Below the pieces are notes generated by a model. It searched no databases. It was not told the origin of the DNA and saw only the letters and a program-made list of their open reading frames with translations. Position numbers and translations under genes: made by a program. A DNA stretch of 64,000 nt from Hormiphora californensis (Eukaryota > Animalia > Ctenophora). The DNA lies in the NCBI GenBank assembly GCA_020137815.1, contig CM035358.1:1-64000 (forward strand), in the 5' to 3' direction. Of the stretch, positions 26,401-40,929 are shown piece after piece (positions within the stretch are counted from its first letter, which is position 1; each line of letters opens with the position of its first letter).

Positions 26401-27687
26401 TGGTGTAGATTCGTGCGGTATGGGGTCTGATCCTCGTTTCTCCAACTTTCTGTAGAAGTTGCGCTGGTTGTTCTGGAACAGGTTATTGTCAGCGAAGGTC
26501 TGCTGCTTCTTCTTGTATCGTCTTATCTTTCCGGCCTTCGCTAGCAATCTCTGTTTGACCTCCTCTATTACTTGCTTATAGCCTTTCTTGGGCAGGAGTG
26601 GGTATCTTCTATAGATAGTATCTATAGTTTGGAACTTCTGGGTGGCTCCTCTGCTCATCTCGGTCAGCCTGGATAGGTCTGAGCGAAGTTTGGCGACACT
26701 CTCCTCGAGTCGTCGCAGCCACATTGGTTGTTTGTTCCTTCCGGGGGAGTTGCTGGTGGTTTCACTTGGTGCAGGTGGCTTTATACCCATTTGTTCCCGG
26801 ACAACATGGGCTACCACCATCAGGAGGGTGTTCAGTGTGGTGAGGTCTGGGACTTCAAACGATCTGATGACCGGACTAAGTCGGTCGATTGCCACACGTA
26901 GTTTTCCCCATGGGACCTGCCTCAGGTCAGTGACCTTGATGAGGCTCGGTTCATCAAGGAGTTTTTTGAACAGCTCTCTGGTGTCAGGGTTAGGCGCTGG
27001 TTCTTCGTTTTCCACTGGGTTTGTAGGTGCAACGGGTTCTGGAGGTGGATTGTCCTCTGGCTCAGCCTGCCGAGCCGCGTTGTCGTTCTCACGTTCAGCT
27101 GTGGCCGCTTCTCTGATTTCCATGAGCCTTTGTGGTGAAAGGAGTCCCGTATGAGTTATAGAATTCATTTGGGATCTGAGCTGGGTATCAGTCTTGGTAG
27201 GGTAGGTTGTCTTTGACCATTTCTCCTCCACTCGATTCCACACTCCTCTTATTTCTGGCTGTGAGTACCAGTGGATAAACACGAGCGTAGTGTTCATTTC
27301 TGTGGTCCATTTCGTCCGTGGCGCTCTAGTTGGGGGTGGTGGTGGGGGTGGGGCATCGGTGGTGTCCCCATTCGTTGTTGTACTGGGACCAGCGGTGTTA
27401 CTATTGGCCGTGAGGTCCACTACCGGGAGTACGTTTAGGCCAGTTGCTAGGGCTTGCATATCTGTCATCTCCGTCGGAGTTAACATGTGTCCAGATTTCT
27501 CTATAGATCTGAACTGCCCAGCGAGTTTTTTACCTGGCAGTGGGTCATATCCTTTATCTTCCCACTGACGTTCTAGCCTCTTCCAGGATCCGGATGTGCC
27601 TGGGTTACTGCGGTAGTAGCAGTATACCAAGTCTAGGTTCTCTTGCTTAGACCAGACCTTCCTTGGTTTTCGGGTGTTTGTACTCAT
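23473..27687 (-). pseudogene. Retrotransposon polyprotein broken into ORFs 26317-27687, 25985-26251, 24076-25260 and 23473-24075
   Basis: [37 protein letters not shown] (QGD changed to QRD), [43 protein letters not shown]. Confidence 0.9.
25429..25999. mobile_element. Unclassified 571-bp insertion bounded by a TATATAG direct repeat
   Basis: Removing it restores ...[15 protein letters not shown]...; no terminal inverted repeats; subterminal hairpins. Confidence 0.75.
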
Positions 27688-27789
27688 GTCGTATAAGATG
27701 AGTAAGTTTTGGGGGTGAGTTTCAAACCAATCACTGTATATTCATAGTCATCAGTTTGTTGAAAGAAGAGCCGGGTTTGGGGGTCTTAA

Positions 27790-29231
27790 AGTGAGAGTGG
27801 ACCGAATCAGAATTGGACAAGTTTGGTGTAGGTGATAGAGATTAGCTTTCTGAGCATTTTGCGTTTTTGCCGCTCAAAATCGACCCACCCACCACTGAGA
27901 TATTTTTGTTATGTTGGGAGAATTTCTGCTGGATCAATATTTATCAAACAGGATAGAAACAATCCTTGTGTTTTACTAACACATTCTTTAAATTTTCAAT
28001 ATGCTAACTTGCATTGTTCTGCTTCTGTGCATGAACATGTCAACCTCACTGCTTATATTCAGAATGTGTTAGGAAAACATGACGATTGTTTCTATTCTGT
28101 TTTTTACATACTGATTAAACAGAAGTTCTCCCAACATAACAAAAATATCTCAGTGATGGGTGGGTCGATTTTGAGCGGCAAAAACGCATTATGCTCAGAG
28201 AGCTAATCTCTACTACCTACAACAAACTTGTCCATGTTAAGGTGGTCTTGTATGATAATGTGTGGGTGAGTAGGTTTACTGTTTTGTATAACACTTGAGA
28301 ACTACAGTATATATTGCAAGGCAATGTTAACTTGCAATCAGTGATCTGATGGGTATCCTCCGATTCAAGGGGTGATGGGTCAGATATCAATGGGATCGTT
28401 CTCGGGTCCTTCCGTACTATGGTGTGAGTCGGGTGAAGAGTCTGGTGGTAAGTGATTCCAAGTGAGTCTCAGTGAGTGTCAGTGAGTGTCCTCTCCGCTT
28501 CGTATCCTCCTTTAAGTATCTCCCTGATTCTCCTCGGTAGACATAACAATTGGTTGTTATCTGACGCAGGTGTAATAGGAATGTTGCTTTACGTCAGGTG
28601 TCATAACGTCTCTCGGTATCCATCCAGCGTAGGTAAACAATCTAGAATCCCCGGAAAGCTATCCAAGATGATGTAATGAAATATGTGGATATAACACATC
28701 CCCTTTGTTGTTTTAAAAGAAAATTGTATAGTCCATGTTGGGCTATAGAATTTTCTTAATGGGCCTTATCGTGTTCGCCAGACGATTAATGTTTTTCGAG
28801 AGATCGTTTAGAATCTGATGATGTTAGTTGATGTTAGTACCTGTATTATCTGTACTGGACCCTTGTGCATAATTGCTTGTGCAATTACCTGAATGAAAAT
28901 TTACGTGTTTGTACGACAATTAATGTTTTTCGAGAGATCGTTTAGAATCTGATGATGTTAGTTGATTGATGTGTATCTATGTATTGCAACTATATCGGTT
29001 CCAATTTACTATCTCGGAGTCCCATAAAGTCCATCATTAGCCTGTCAATCCATCCCTGAGCGATGAACCAGTTTTTTGATCCCTCAGCCGAAAATTAGTT
29101 GATTTGTCCAAAGATCGGGGATAACTAGTTGGTTCCATAAGGTAGGGTGGGTTATCGATGACAGGACGCTACGGTAAACTTGCAGTAGCGATTTATCGTT
29201 TCCTGGAGTTATGATTCGGTCCACTCTCACT
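27790..29231. mobile_element. Kolobok-like non-autonomous element in the retrotransposon 5'UTR, with internal palindrome 27814-28234
   Basis: TTAA|AGTGAGAGTGGACCGAATCA...TGATTCGGTCCACTCTCACT|TTAA. Confidence 0.75.
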
Positions 29232-29464
29232 TTAACACTGACACCGGTGAGCAGCGGTAACGGATTGGTTAGTGGGTTAGTAGATAAAGGGGCATCGGAG
29301 GTCCACAGGTGGCTGGAAGGTGCCTGTTCCACGGGTAACCCTAAGCCGGAGAAGGCGGGGTAGGAACATAGTAGTTGGCGATGATACACTGTGGGCCGCC
29401 TAGCCAAGAAGATCTTTTTGTGTTTTTTGTATTTTATGATTTTTTTCCGTATTTTTGACACACA

Positions 29465-31108
<1,644 letters not shown>

Positions 31109-31118
31109 ACAATTCACG

Positions 31119-32075
31119 ATGAACTCGCTCCAGAAGGAACTACTGGGACGTGTTAAAGTGAGCGTCGACACATCCGACCACTCTTCCTCAATCAAGGCAA
31201 TATTGGACTCTATTCTCCTGAATAACGGCCGTCTCCTAGTAACCACCAGAGATCCGAAGAAAGTAGAACTGTCAGCAACAATCGATGCAATCAATAAATT
31301 CATTGAGGAATCCATGATCGGACGCTCTGTAATATGGCGCACGCAAGGAGACTCGAAGGAAACAATTGCGATGCCGATAACATCATTCTTTGCTATTGCC
31401 TCACCACCATTGTGCAAGGTTTGTAAAAGCCCTTTTCCTGACACTCTGCTGCTTGGATCATCTGATTGTGTCAGGTGCACATGTTGTGGAGTAGTAGTAC
31501 ATCCTGAATGCTACCCTGAAGTGAACCCTAGCAAGGGTATTTACTTTTTGTGCGAGAACTGTCACTTTGACTCCCGCCGCAACTTACCTCCATTGATGGA
31601 GGTAAGTTGCGGCGGGAGTCAAAGTGACAGTTCTCGCACAAAAAGTAAATACCCTTGACTGATCAGTCCCCCCCGCCGCCACAGATCCACCCTCCACTAC
31701 AGCTCTTCCACCCGCCGCCACAGATCCACCCTCCACTACAGCTCTTCCACTCCCGTCAGATGAAGATATGATTGTGATCAAGGATCCAACCGAAGGGGAC
31801 CACACAAAACCTATCTCATCTTCCCCCGCTGTTGCTGAGAAGAAGCCCCACTACACAAATGCTTTCCAAACAGACAGTGAACACTCTGCTGAATCCGGAA
31901 ATGAAACTGAACAACAACTGGTTCCAGCTAATTCATCTAATTCCTATTCACGCTACCGTATAGTACATACGATCGATCCCAGATCGATCCCAGAAAATAT
32001 GCAGCTTTTTTGTCAAGAATCGCTGTAAGTTTGGTGTGAACGGAGGATCTTGTCCCGATTATCACCCACCATACG
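31119..32075 (+). pseudogene. CR1-group ORF1 N-terminal part: PHD finger and first CCCH finger
   Basis: CKVC..CTCC...HPEC..FLCENC; frameshifted CSFFVKNRCKFGVNGGSCPDYHP. Confidence 0.65.
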
Positions 32076-32089
32076 CAGAAATAAAAAAA

Positions 32090-32660
32090 GGACACCCACC
32101 TCGCTCCAGAGAGGACAGCCACCCCGTTCCAGAGAGGACAGCTGACCCCGTTCCAGAGAGGACAGCTGACCCCGTTCCAGAGAGGACAGCTGACCCCGTT
32201 CCAGAGAGGACATCCACCCCGCTCCGGAGAGGACAGCCACCCAGTTCCAAAGAATCATCTCCGGGGTAGAACCCTATCCGGATCGGGACCAAATGAAAAA
32301 AATGGGTCAGTTAGGGGCCAGTAGACTAGTAACAGGAACGGTTAGTGGGTTAGTGGATAAAGGGGGCGTTGGAGGTCCATAGGTGGCTGGAAGGTGCCTG
32401 TTCCACGGAAACCCTGGGCCGGAGAAGGCGGGGTGGAACGTAGTAGTTGGCGATGATACACTGTGGGCCGCCTAGCCAGAAGATGTTTTTGGGTGTTTGT
32501 ATTTTATGATTTTTTTCCGTATTTTATACCCAGCCACGCTTAGCCACGGCCACACGAACCTCGAAATCGAAAAGGGATGGGAAAAAGGTACTCCGTGTGA
32601 CCCTTGTTGCCCGGGGGAACCGATGAGGTGGTGACAGTGGACCAAACTCCCCCTTGGCAG
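32090..32660 (-). mobile_element. Partial non-autonomous R4/Dong derivative (ribozyme, 5'UTR, minisatellite)
   Basis: Matches 57050-57621. Confidence 0.75.
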
Positions 32661-32685
32661 GTGACCAACTCCCCCCCCCCTCCTC

Positions 32686-32729
<44 letters not shown>

Positions 32730-33395
32730 CTCTCTCTCTCCTCTCTCGTCTCTCTCTCTCTCTCTCTCTCCATCTCTCCTCCCTCTCCTCTCGTTCCTCC
32801 TCTCACCTCCCTCTCTCCCCCTCTCTCCTCTCCTCTCTCTCTCCCTCCTCTCTCCCTCTCTCTCTCCTCTCTCCTCTCTCGTGCCTCTCCCGTCTTCCTC
32901 ATCCTCCTCTTCTCCCCCTCTCTCATCTCTCATCTCCTCTCTCGTTCCGACTCCACTCGGTCATCCATCTCTATCTCACTTCTCACGCCTCCTCTCCTCC
33001 CTCTCTCTCGCCTCTCTCTCTCTCCTCCCTCCTCTCGCTTTCCCTCCACTCTCCTTCACCCTCTTCTCTCCTCTCTCTCCCCTCTCTCTCGCTTCGTCTC
33101 TCCTCTCCTCTTTCTCTCCTCTCCCTCTCCTAACCTCTCCTGCCTCTCGTAAAAATTCTCGCGCGTCCCCACTCCTCTCCTCTTTCCTTCTCCTCTCTCT
33201 CTCTCTCTCCTCTCTCTCTCTTCTCCACTCTCTCCTCCTCTCTCCTCCCCTCTCCTCTCTCCCTGTCCTCTCCTCTCGTCCTCTCTCTCCTCATCTACAC
33301 CTCCTCTCTCTCTCTTCCTCTCCCTTCCTTCTCTCTCTCCTCTCCTCTCTCCTCTCTCTCTCTCTCTCTCTCTACCTCCTCTCTCTCTTCTCTCC

Positions 33396-33426
<31 letters not shown>

Positions 33427-33855
33427 CTCCTCTCTCTTCTCCTCTCTCTCTCTCTCTCTCGCTCTCTCTCTCCTCTCTCTCTCTCTCTCCTCTGCTCTCT
33501 CCTCTCTCTCTCCTCCATCTCTCTCTCTTCTCTCTCTCCTCTCTCTCCTCTCTCCCTCGTCTCTCTCTCTCTTCTCTCTCTCTCCTTGCTCTCTCTTCTC
33601 TCTCTTCCAATCCTTCTAATCGTTGGTTAGGGGGATCAAATCCTTCCTATCTTAGGGTAGGGGGATCAGATCCCTCCAATGTGATCCGATCCGGAGGTAG
33701 ACCGGTCTCCAAAGGAATGTGTGTGACATGTGATCCAAATGAACGGATCCGTTCANNNNNNNNNNNNNNNNNNNNNNNNNNNNNNNNNNNNNNNNNNNNN
33801 NNNNNNNNNNNNNNNNNNNNNNNNNNNNNNNNNNNNNNNNNNNNNNNNNNNNNNN

Positions 33856-35600
33856 GAATACTGCAACAAAGGGCCCTGCAGCCAAACTGGATGCACCAAT
33901 AAGGACACAGAATGTAAGTACTACCATCCCCGTCTATGTTCTAAATCCCTCCATGGTGAGCGCTGCCTGAAACCCAACTGCCGCTTGGTCCACATCAGGA
34001 AGAAACCCATCACATCGGCGCCAATTACACCCACTGCAGAGAGGACCACAGAGACCGAGCACCAGTCCCCCACACCCGAGCTGCAATCAGAGTCCCCCTC
34101 TGCAGCTACACAGAGAGGGGGTAGCAGTAATTCATCCCCCCATCGTACAGTTGTAATACCTCCAACACCAGCTCCAGTTTTCCGACACCCGGTGCCCAAT
34201 CTCTCTCACGTTCACCCTGCCTCCAACAATATATACGTGACACCCCCCACAACGCAGTACATCCACCAAGTTCAACCAGGACATTACCCGTACCCCAATG
34301 GGTACACTGCGTCTACTGACTACACAGCACTCCCCACTGGAGCAGAACCATCCCATTACAACGAAAAAGGCCCCGCCAGTAGTCCTGCTGCAGAAAATGT
34401 ATCAACTTCCCCTATCCCTCAGGATTTTCTGAGATTCTTAGAAAACCTGATAACGACAGCGAGGAGAATGCAGGGCAACCTGTCTCCAAACTCCCCATTA
34501 TCGAGGTGCCATACACAAATGAATATAGAGGAGACCTACGTGTAGAAAAAGCAAACACATCTAGCTCCCGAACAACAAGGGACCTAGCAGAATTACTGCT
34601 CTTGAATGCTCATGGAAGTATTGAAAAATTTATAACGGATCACAGCCCTGCCAACTACATCCTGGCTGGCGACTTTAATTTCCCCATGATAGATTGGGAC
34701 TCTATGGACATGAGGACAGGGACAAACACCCTGGCAACTGAACGGCAGTCTGGTGAGCTTCTCCTTGATCTGGCAGTTTGTTCTTGAACCCACCCGACAC
34801 GATAAGAATATCCTGGACATCATTCTCTGCAATAATGAACTTCTTATTCATGATGTAGATGTTGTTAAGACAGAGTGGTCGGACCATGATCTTGTGAAGA
34901 CAACTTTAAGGACTGCAGAGTTACCTGGCCTAGGAGATTGTGTACCAAGGAAAGATGACTTCGTCCCCCAATCTACATTCGACAACTTGGACCTCCACAG
35001 GGCAGATCGAACGAAGATCTCAGAAGACCTACTTCAAGTGAATTGGAAGACAGTTACATCTAACAGTGACCAAGACAAGGCATGGGAAATGTTTGACCGC
35101 CTGGTTTCGGATGTATGTGCACGATATTCACCCCACCACACATGCTCTCGAGGAGGCCGTAAGAAGCTGATTCCAAAACATCGACGGAAGCTCCTACAGA
35201 AAAAGAGGGCCCTACAGCGCAAGATAAAGATGGTCAAGTTGCGGTGCCCTGACAACGGCAAAAGGCTTGATGAACTCTACTCTGGACTGGCAAAACTCGA
35301 ACTATCTATGGCATCAAGTATCTCGTACCAAAAGATCAGGGAAGAAATTGATGCCCTGAAAAAGATCAAGCTAAACCCAAAGGCGTTTTTCTCTTACGCC
35401 AACCGACATAAGTCTTCTAAGTCGGGAGTTGGACCTTTGAAGGACGTCAATGGACAGCTATGCTCAAACCCGGAGGTAATGGCTGATATCTTGCAGGACC
35501 AGTACCAAACAGTTTTCAGTAAACCATCAGATGATCAGAGCGCCATGGTCAGTAACGGCAATGCAAGTATACCAACTCTGAAAAAAAAATCACAATCACC
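33856..35600 (+). pseudogene. CR1-group element: ORF1 CCCH fingers, then a deleted APE endonuclease and linker; RT absent
   Basis: CKYYHPRLCSKSL..C..CRLVH; AGDFNFPMIDW; PTRHDKNILDII; SDHDLV; NPKAFFSY. Confidence 0.8.
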
Positions 35601-35767
35601 TCGGATACAGACAGGGCCAGAAATTTTGGATCACTTAATCGGAGACCGGTCTACCTCCGGATCGGATCACATTGGAGGGATTCAGTAACAATTAATATGA
35701 CGTGATCAACTGCTATAGCCCAACTGTTCATTCTGAGAATTCTGATACAAAGATATTAATTGCCGTA

Positions 35768-37255
35768 CACGGTGTCCCTTAAGGAGGTGAAACCTCGGCT
35801 AGATAAAGTTTTTTGGAGACCGGACCTAGGTTACGTATTTTTGACCGAGGAATCCGAAAAACATAAAATTAAAATCGAAAACGTAGCGGTTTTTGCGTAA
35901 AACGGCAAAAACTGTCATTTTTCAGCGATTTTCGACTTTTTACGCTTTCTAGAGATTTAAAAAATATTTCCTTACAAGATATGATCTTGTGCTTCTAGAC
36001 TAATAAAATACAATCGATTTGCTAAAAATTGGTCCCGGGTTTGTGTGATTTGGTCAAAAGCTCTTTTTACTGTGGCCCATCAAAGATGGCCACTCTGCAA
36101 ATACGTTTTTGGCTCCTGTGGCCGCAGATGTAAACCAAAAGAAGATTTATTATACACCAAAATTTGCGTCTTCTGAAGGCAAACAACCTGGTGTTTACGA
36201 AATTTGATTTCATGCAGGCGTTCAAAAATTACAGCCGAAAAACTGGTACAGTGGATTTCGGAAATACCCCTACTTCAACAAACCCTAATCCAAATAAGAT
36301 TTCGAAAAATATACATCTTCATACATGAAAATGAAGCTCAGACAAATGCCAACGTGATGCAAAAAACAGGAAGTGTGTAACTTATTTCGTTTAGAAGCTA
36401 TAGCGAAAATAAAAGTGCTTGTATTTGCCTTGAAAACACCCTCTAAAAGCCCTGAAAAATAGCAAATCTGTCTAAAAATGCAATACGAATAAAATGTCAC
36501 CTCCAGTGCACCAACTTAGCCCCCCTGTGGACAGAATTTGTTTGAAATTGTCAGAAATTGTCTGAAAGTATGGATTTTAGAGGGTGTTTTCAAGGCAAAT
36601 ACAAGCACTTTTATTTTCGCTATAGCTTCTAAACGAAATAAGTTACACACTTCCTGTTTTTTGCATCACGTTGGCATTTGTCTGAGCTTCATTTTCATGT
36701 ATGAAGATGTATATTTTTCGAAATCTTATCTGGATTAGGGTTTGTTGAAGTAGGGGTATTTCCGAAATCCACTGTACCAGTTTTTCGGCTGTAATTTTTG
36801 AACGCCTGCATGAAATCAAATTTCGTAAACACCAGGTTGTTTGCCTTCAGAAGACGCAAATTTTGGTGTATAATAAATCTTCTTTTGGTTTACATCTGCG
36901 GCCACAGGAGCCAAAAACGTATTTGCAGAGTGGCCATCTTTGATGGGCCACAGTAAAGAGAGCTTTTGACCAAATCACACAAACCCGGGACCAATTTTTA
37001 GCAAATCGATTGTATTTTATTAGTCTAGAAGCACAAGATCATATCTTGTAAGGAAATATTTTTTAAATCTCTAGAAAGCGTAAAAAGTCGAAAATCGCTG
37101 AAAAATGACAGTTTTTGCCGTTTTACGCAAAAACCGCTACGTTTTCGATTTTAATTTTATGTTTTTCGGATTCCTCGGTCAAAAATACGTAACCTAGGTC
37201 CGGTCTCCAAAAAACTTTATCTAGCCGAGGTTTCACCTCCTTAAGGGACACCGTG
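35768..37255. mobile_element. Foldback element, CAC...GTG termini, 4-bp CGTA duplication (Chapaev-like)
   Basis: About 680-bp near-perfect arms; empty site near 4775-4785. Confidence 0.8.
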
Positions 37256-37457
37256 CGTACTGCTATATGAGGTAACTCCAACCCCCCAGTTTCATCTCCT
37301 TGTTTAACATGGGAGTTACCAAGGGAATCCACTGAGTTCGATTAATCTGTCGTACAGGCTTGGTCATGTGTGTGGGTGTTGTGTGTGTATGAAGTGAGTG
37401 GGTGATGTCTACAGCAGTTCAGTGCAATTAATACATTACCATAAATTCAGTAAGATA

Positions 37458-38055
37458 CTGTGTGATTTTAAATGACTGGGACTGGAATATTGCGAATTGC
37501 GTGAAAACTATAGCATCTTTCGACTTCAAATTTTGGGACATGATAAAACTAGGTTGTAGCAATTTTCTCCTAGTTTTACAGCAAATTTCAATGTTCCTGA
37601 ATGAATCTATTGCCCATAAACATCCTCCAACTTTACACAGTCATATCTCTGGAGTCTAATGAGATAGAGAGTTCAAATTTTTAGGAGAGACAGATAAGAC
37701 GATTTTGAATGTTTTGTCTGCTTTACGAGTTGATAACTTTTACCATTTGTTCACAGGAACTGTTTAAAGTGATGTAACACGCTCTAATTAGGCCAAATTT
37801 AGGTCATTTACCCCTCAAAGATCACATGTCCAGCTGCATCTAGTGGGCTAATGAGGCCTTGAACACGCATACGTCACGTGTTACTGTAGGGCTACAGCTC
37901 TCCTTTTCCATCTTGAACCAGCAGACATGATCATGGTGTCTGGAAGTGGTAACAAGCTGTAGAAAACCAGACAGACTAGATGCTCTCTACTTCAACGTAT
38001 CACTCTCTCCCTTTCTCGTTATAAGGTCACGTGACTGGAATTGGGATTTAGACAT

Positions 38056-38106
<51 letters not shown>

Positions 38107-38742
38107 TGTGTGTGAGAGAGAACGCTTTGTAGACATTGTGATCATGTCGAGATCCCAATTCCAGTCACGTGACATTATAACGAGAAAGGGAGAGAGTGAT
38201 ACGTTAAAGTAGAGAGCATCTAGTCTGTCTGGTTTTTTACAGCTTGTTACCATTTCCAGACACCATGATCATGTGTGCTGGTTCAAGATGGAAAAGGAGA
38301 GCTGTAGCCCTACAGTAACACGTGACGTATGCGTGTTCAAGGCCTCATTAGCCCACTAGATGCAGCTGGACATGTGATCTTTGAGGGGTAAAATGACCTA
38401 AATTTGGCCTAATTAGAGCGTGTTACATCACTTTAAACAGTTCCTGTGAACAAATGGTAAAATGTAGCAACTCGTAAAGCAGACAAAACATTCGAAATCG
38501 TCTTATCTGTCTCTCCTAAAAATTTGAACTCTTTATCTCATTAGACTCCAGAGATATGACTGTGTAAAGTTGGAGGAGGTTTTTGGGCAATAGATTCATT
38601 CAGGAACATTGAAATTTGCTGTAAAACTAGGAGAAAATTGCTACAACCTAGTTTTATCATGTCCCAAAATTTGAAGTCGAAAGATGCCATAGTTTTCACG
38701 CAATTCGCAATATACCAGTCCCAGTCATTTAAAATCACACAG
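37458..38742. mobile_element. Foldback element with TA duplication and (GA)n centre (Tc1/mariner-like)
   Basis: TA|CTGTGTGATTTTAAATG...CATTTAAAATCACACAG|TA; empty site near 4975. Confidence 0.8.
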
Positions 38743-38931
38743 TAGTATAATAAAATCAACATACAGGCTATTAGTCGAACCTCTCTCCTCCTCAAAAACT
38801 ACATCCCCCTGCTCCTGGATTGGTTTGTCGCTGTTGTGCGTTGATGTGATAAAACCTAAATATTGTATAGAATTAGTCAGGGGCAGGAGAAAATTAGAAC
38901 CCCACACTGCCAGAAACTTAGATAATAATAA

Positions 38932-39548
38932 CTAGTAGGCCCGTTCGCCCTACGGGCGAATTTCGGGGAAATGGTAGCTGGATTAGGGAACGCTGACATC
39001 ACATGCACCATCCGTTCCTAGCCTATCTCTCACTTTTTCCCTACCCATGTTGTTGTACGCTCTGGGCTTCCTGACAATGTCAAGGTGCGAATTTAAGAGA
39101 TCAATGTCATGGAGGTGCAGTGCTGTTCCAGAAACTCATCACGTGAAAACTTCGCCGCTATGTAGCCGATTCGGAGATTTCTATATTCGACTGGAGTAAT
39201 CACCCTTGGGCGACGTTGGGTAAAGCTATCCGTAGTCGTTGTCCGTTGATTGGCTCGCTTGAACACGTTGGCGTAATCTGTCATATTCCCTAGCCTGCTC
39301 CCTGACAGCAGCAGATCTTCCGGACCCAGATGACCGTTGCCGAATAGCGCTTGGGGTGGAAGAGCTAGACATCAGGATTCAGGACAGAAACAAAAGAATG
39401 CACGTGCAGAATTGAATTTCCCCTTGGTAGCCAACTGAAACCGGGAGAGAGATCTCCAGGTCTCTCTAATAATTGCACGTGCAAGACTTGTACTTAGTGT
39501 AGTTGCTAGGTGATCACCGTTACACAATTTGCTTAGTAAGTAGTATGA
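38932..39548 (-). mobile_element. Non-autonomous Helitron
   Basis: Minus strand A|TC...TTCGCCCGTAGGGCGAA hairpin...CTAG|T, no duplication; absent near 5160. Confidence 0.8.
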
Positions 39549-39615
39549 TTATACTCGAGAGGTAATAATAGTAGTACATAATGTACATGTCCTTATAGTT
39601 GAATTTTGTATAGTA

Positions 39616-39757
39616 CAGTCTGACCCCGATTTACCGGAACCCCGCTTTACCGGGAGGATTAACTTCCCCGATATATAGGAAAATATCAGTATTTCACTGC
39701 GATTTACTGGTAAAAGGGTGTTTCCCCCGAGAATACCGGTAAATCGGGGTCCGACTG
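39616..39757. mobile_element. Short MITE of the CAGTC(G/T)GACCCCGATTTA family
   Basis: Inverted termini, TA flanks. Confidence 0.75.
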
Positions 39758-39886
39758 TATAGTAAACGACATGCCGCTGCGCATTCAAAAAGGTCGCACC
39801 GAGTTGTATTTCCGTGGGATAATCGAGACTTGAACCCCGAAGCGATGGAAAGATACTCTGAATAATGAGTTCAGAGCAAGAATTAA

Positions 39887-40891
39887 GGCCAGAGGGGGGG
39901 GGGGGGGGGGGGGGGTCGACGGGTTTTTGGGGTGTTTTTTGAGGTATACGTTATATGAAAGCGCTGGGCAAGGCGGATTGATTAGAACAGACGTCATCGA
40001 TGTTGCGCGCACCGTTTGGCCAAAATTTGGGGGTTAACATTTGGCCTATAATGGATGTTAACCCCTATAAATCAGGATTGGTGGGGTCTAGAACATCCAT
40101 CATTGTACTAAAGGCTTCGTCTTGTCTTGATACAACTTCCTGAAAAGTTTTATGTCGTTACTCCAACTACTTCTTGATTTTTTGGGGGTTTACAAAATAT
40201 GCGGAAAAAGCCCTTTTTGCCTCTAATTTTGCTCTTTTTTGGGACATCCTGCCTAACTTCCTGAAATAACGGCTAGGACTCAGACCTTGCCGTTTGGCAT
40301 AGTTGTTCTAAAGACCGTGTTCTTCAAATTTGGTGTAGCGATTTTTGATTAAGGCCCCCGTTCAAAAATTATAGGGGTTTACATAAAATTTTCATGGACA
40401 AAACAAATGTTAACCCCTATAATTTTTGAACGGGGGCCTTAATCAAAAATCGCTACACCAAATTTGAAGAACACGGTCTCTAGAACAACTATGCCAAACG
40501 GCAAGGTCTGAGTCCTAGCCGTTATTTCAGGAAGTTAGGCAGGATGTCCCAAAAAAGAGCAAAATTAGAGGCAAAAAGGGCTTTTTCCGCATATTTTGTA
40601 AACCCCCAAAAAATCAAGAAGTAGTTGGAGTAACGACATAAAACTTTTCAGGAAGTTGTATCAAGACAAGACGAAGCCTTTGGTACAATGATGGATGTTC
40701 TAGACCCCACCAATCCTGATTTATAGGGGTTAACATCCATTATAGGCCAAATGTTAACCCCCAAATTTTGGCCAAACGGTGCGCGCAACATCGATGACGT
40801 CTGTTCTAATCGATCCGCCTTGCCCAGCGCTTTCATATAACGTATGCCTCAAAAAACACCCCAAAAAACCCGTCGACCCCCCCCTCTGGCA
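39887..40891. mobile_element. Kolobok-like foldback (GGCCAGAGGGGG termini, TTAA duplication)
   Basis: About 490-bp arms; same termini and central core as 20078-21063. Confidence 0.8.
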
Positions 40892-40929
40892 TTAAATAGG
40901 GAAGAAAATCAAAAATACTGGGTTTGACC

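Noticed and set aside
24125-27154. Plus-strand ORFs of 269 and 170 aa
   Set aside because: Antisense shadows of the retrotransposon ORF
32670-33630. Several 150-250 aa ORFs
   Set aside because: Error-ridden (CT)n tract
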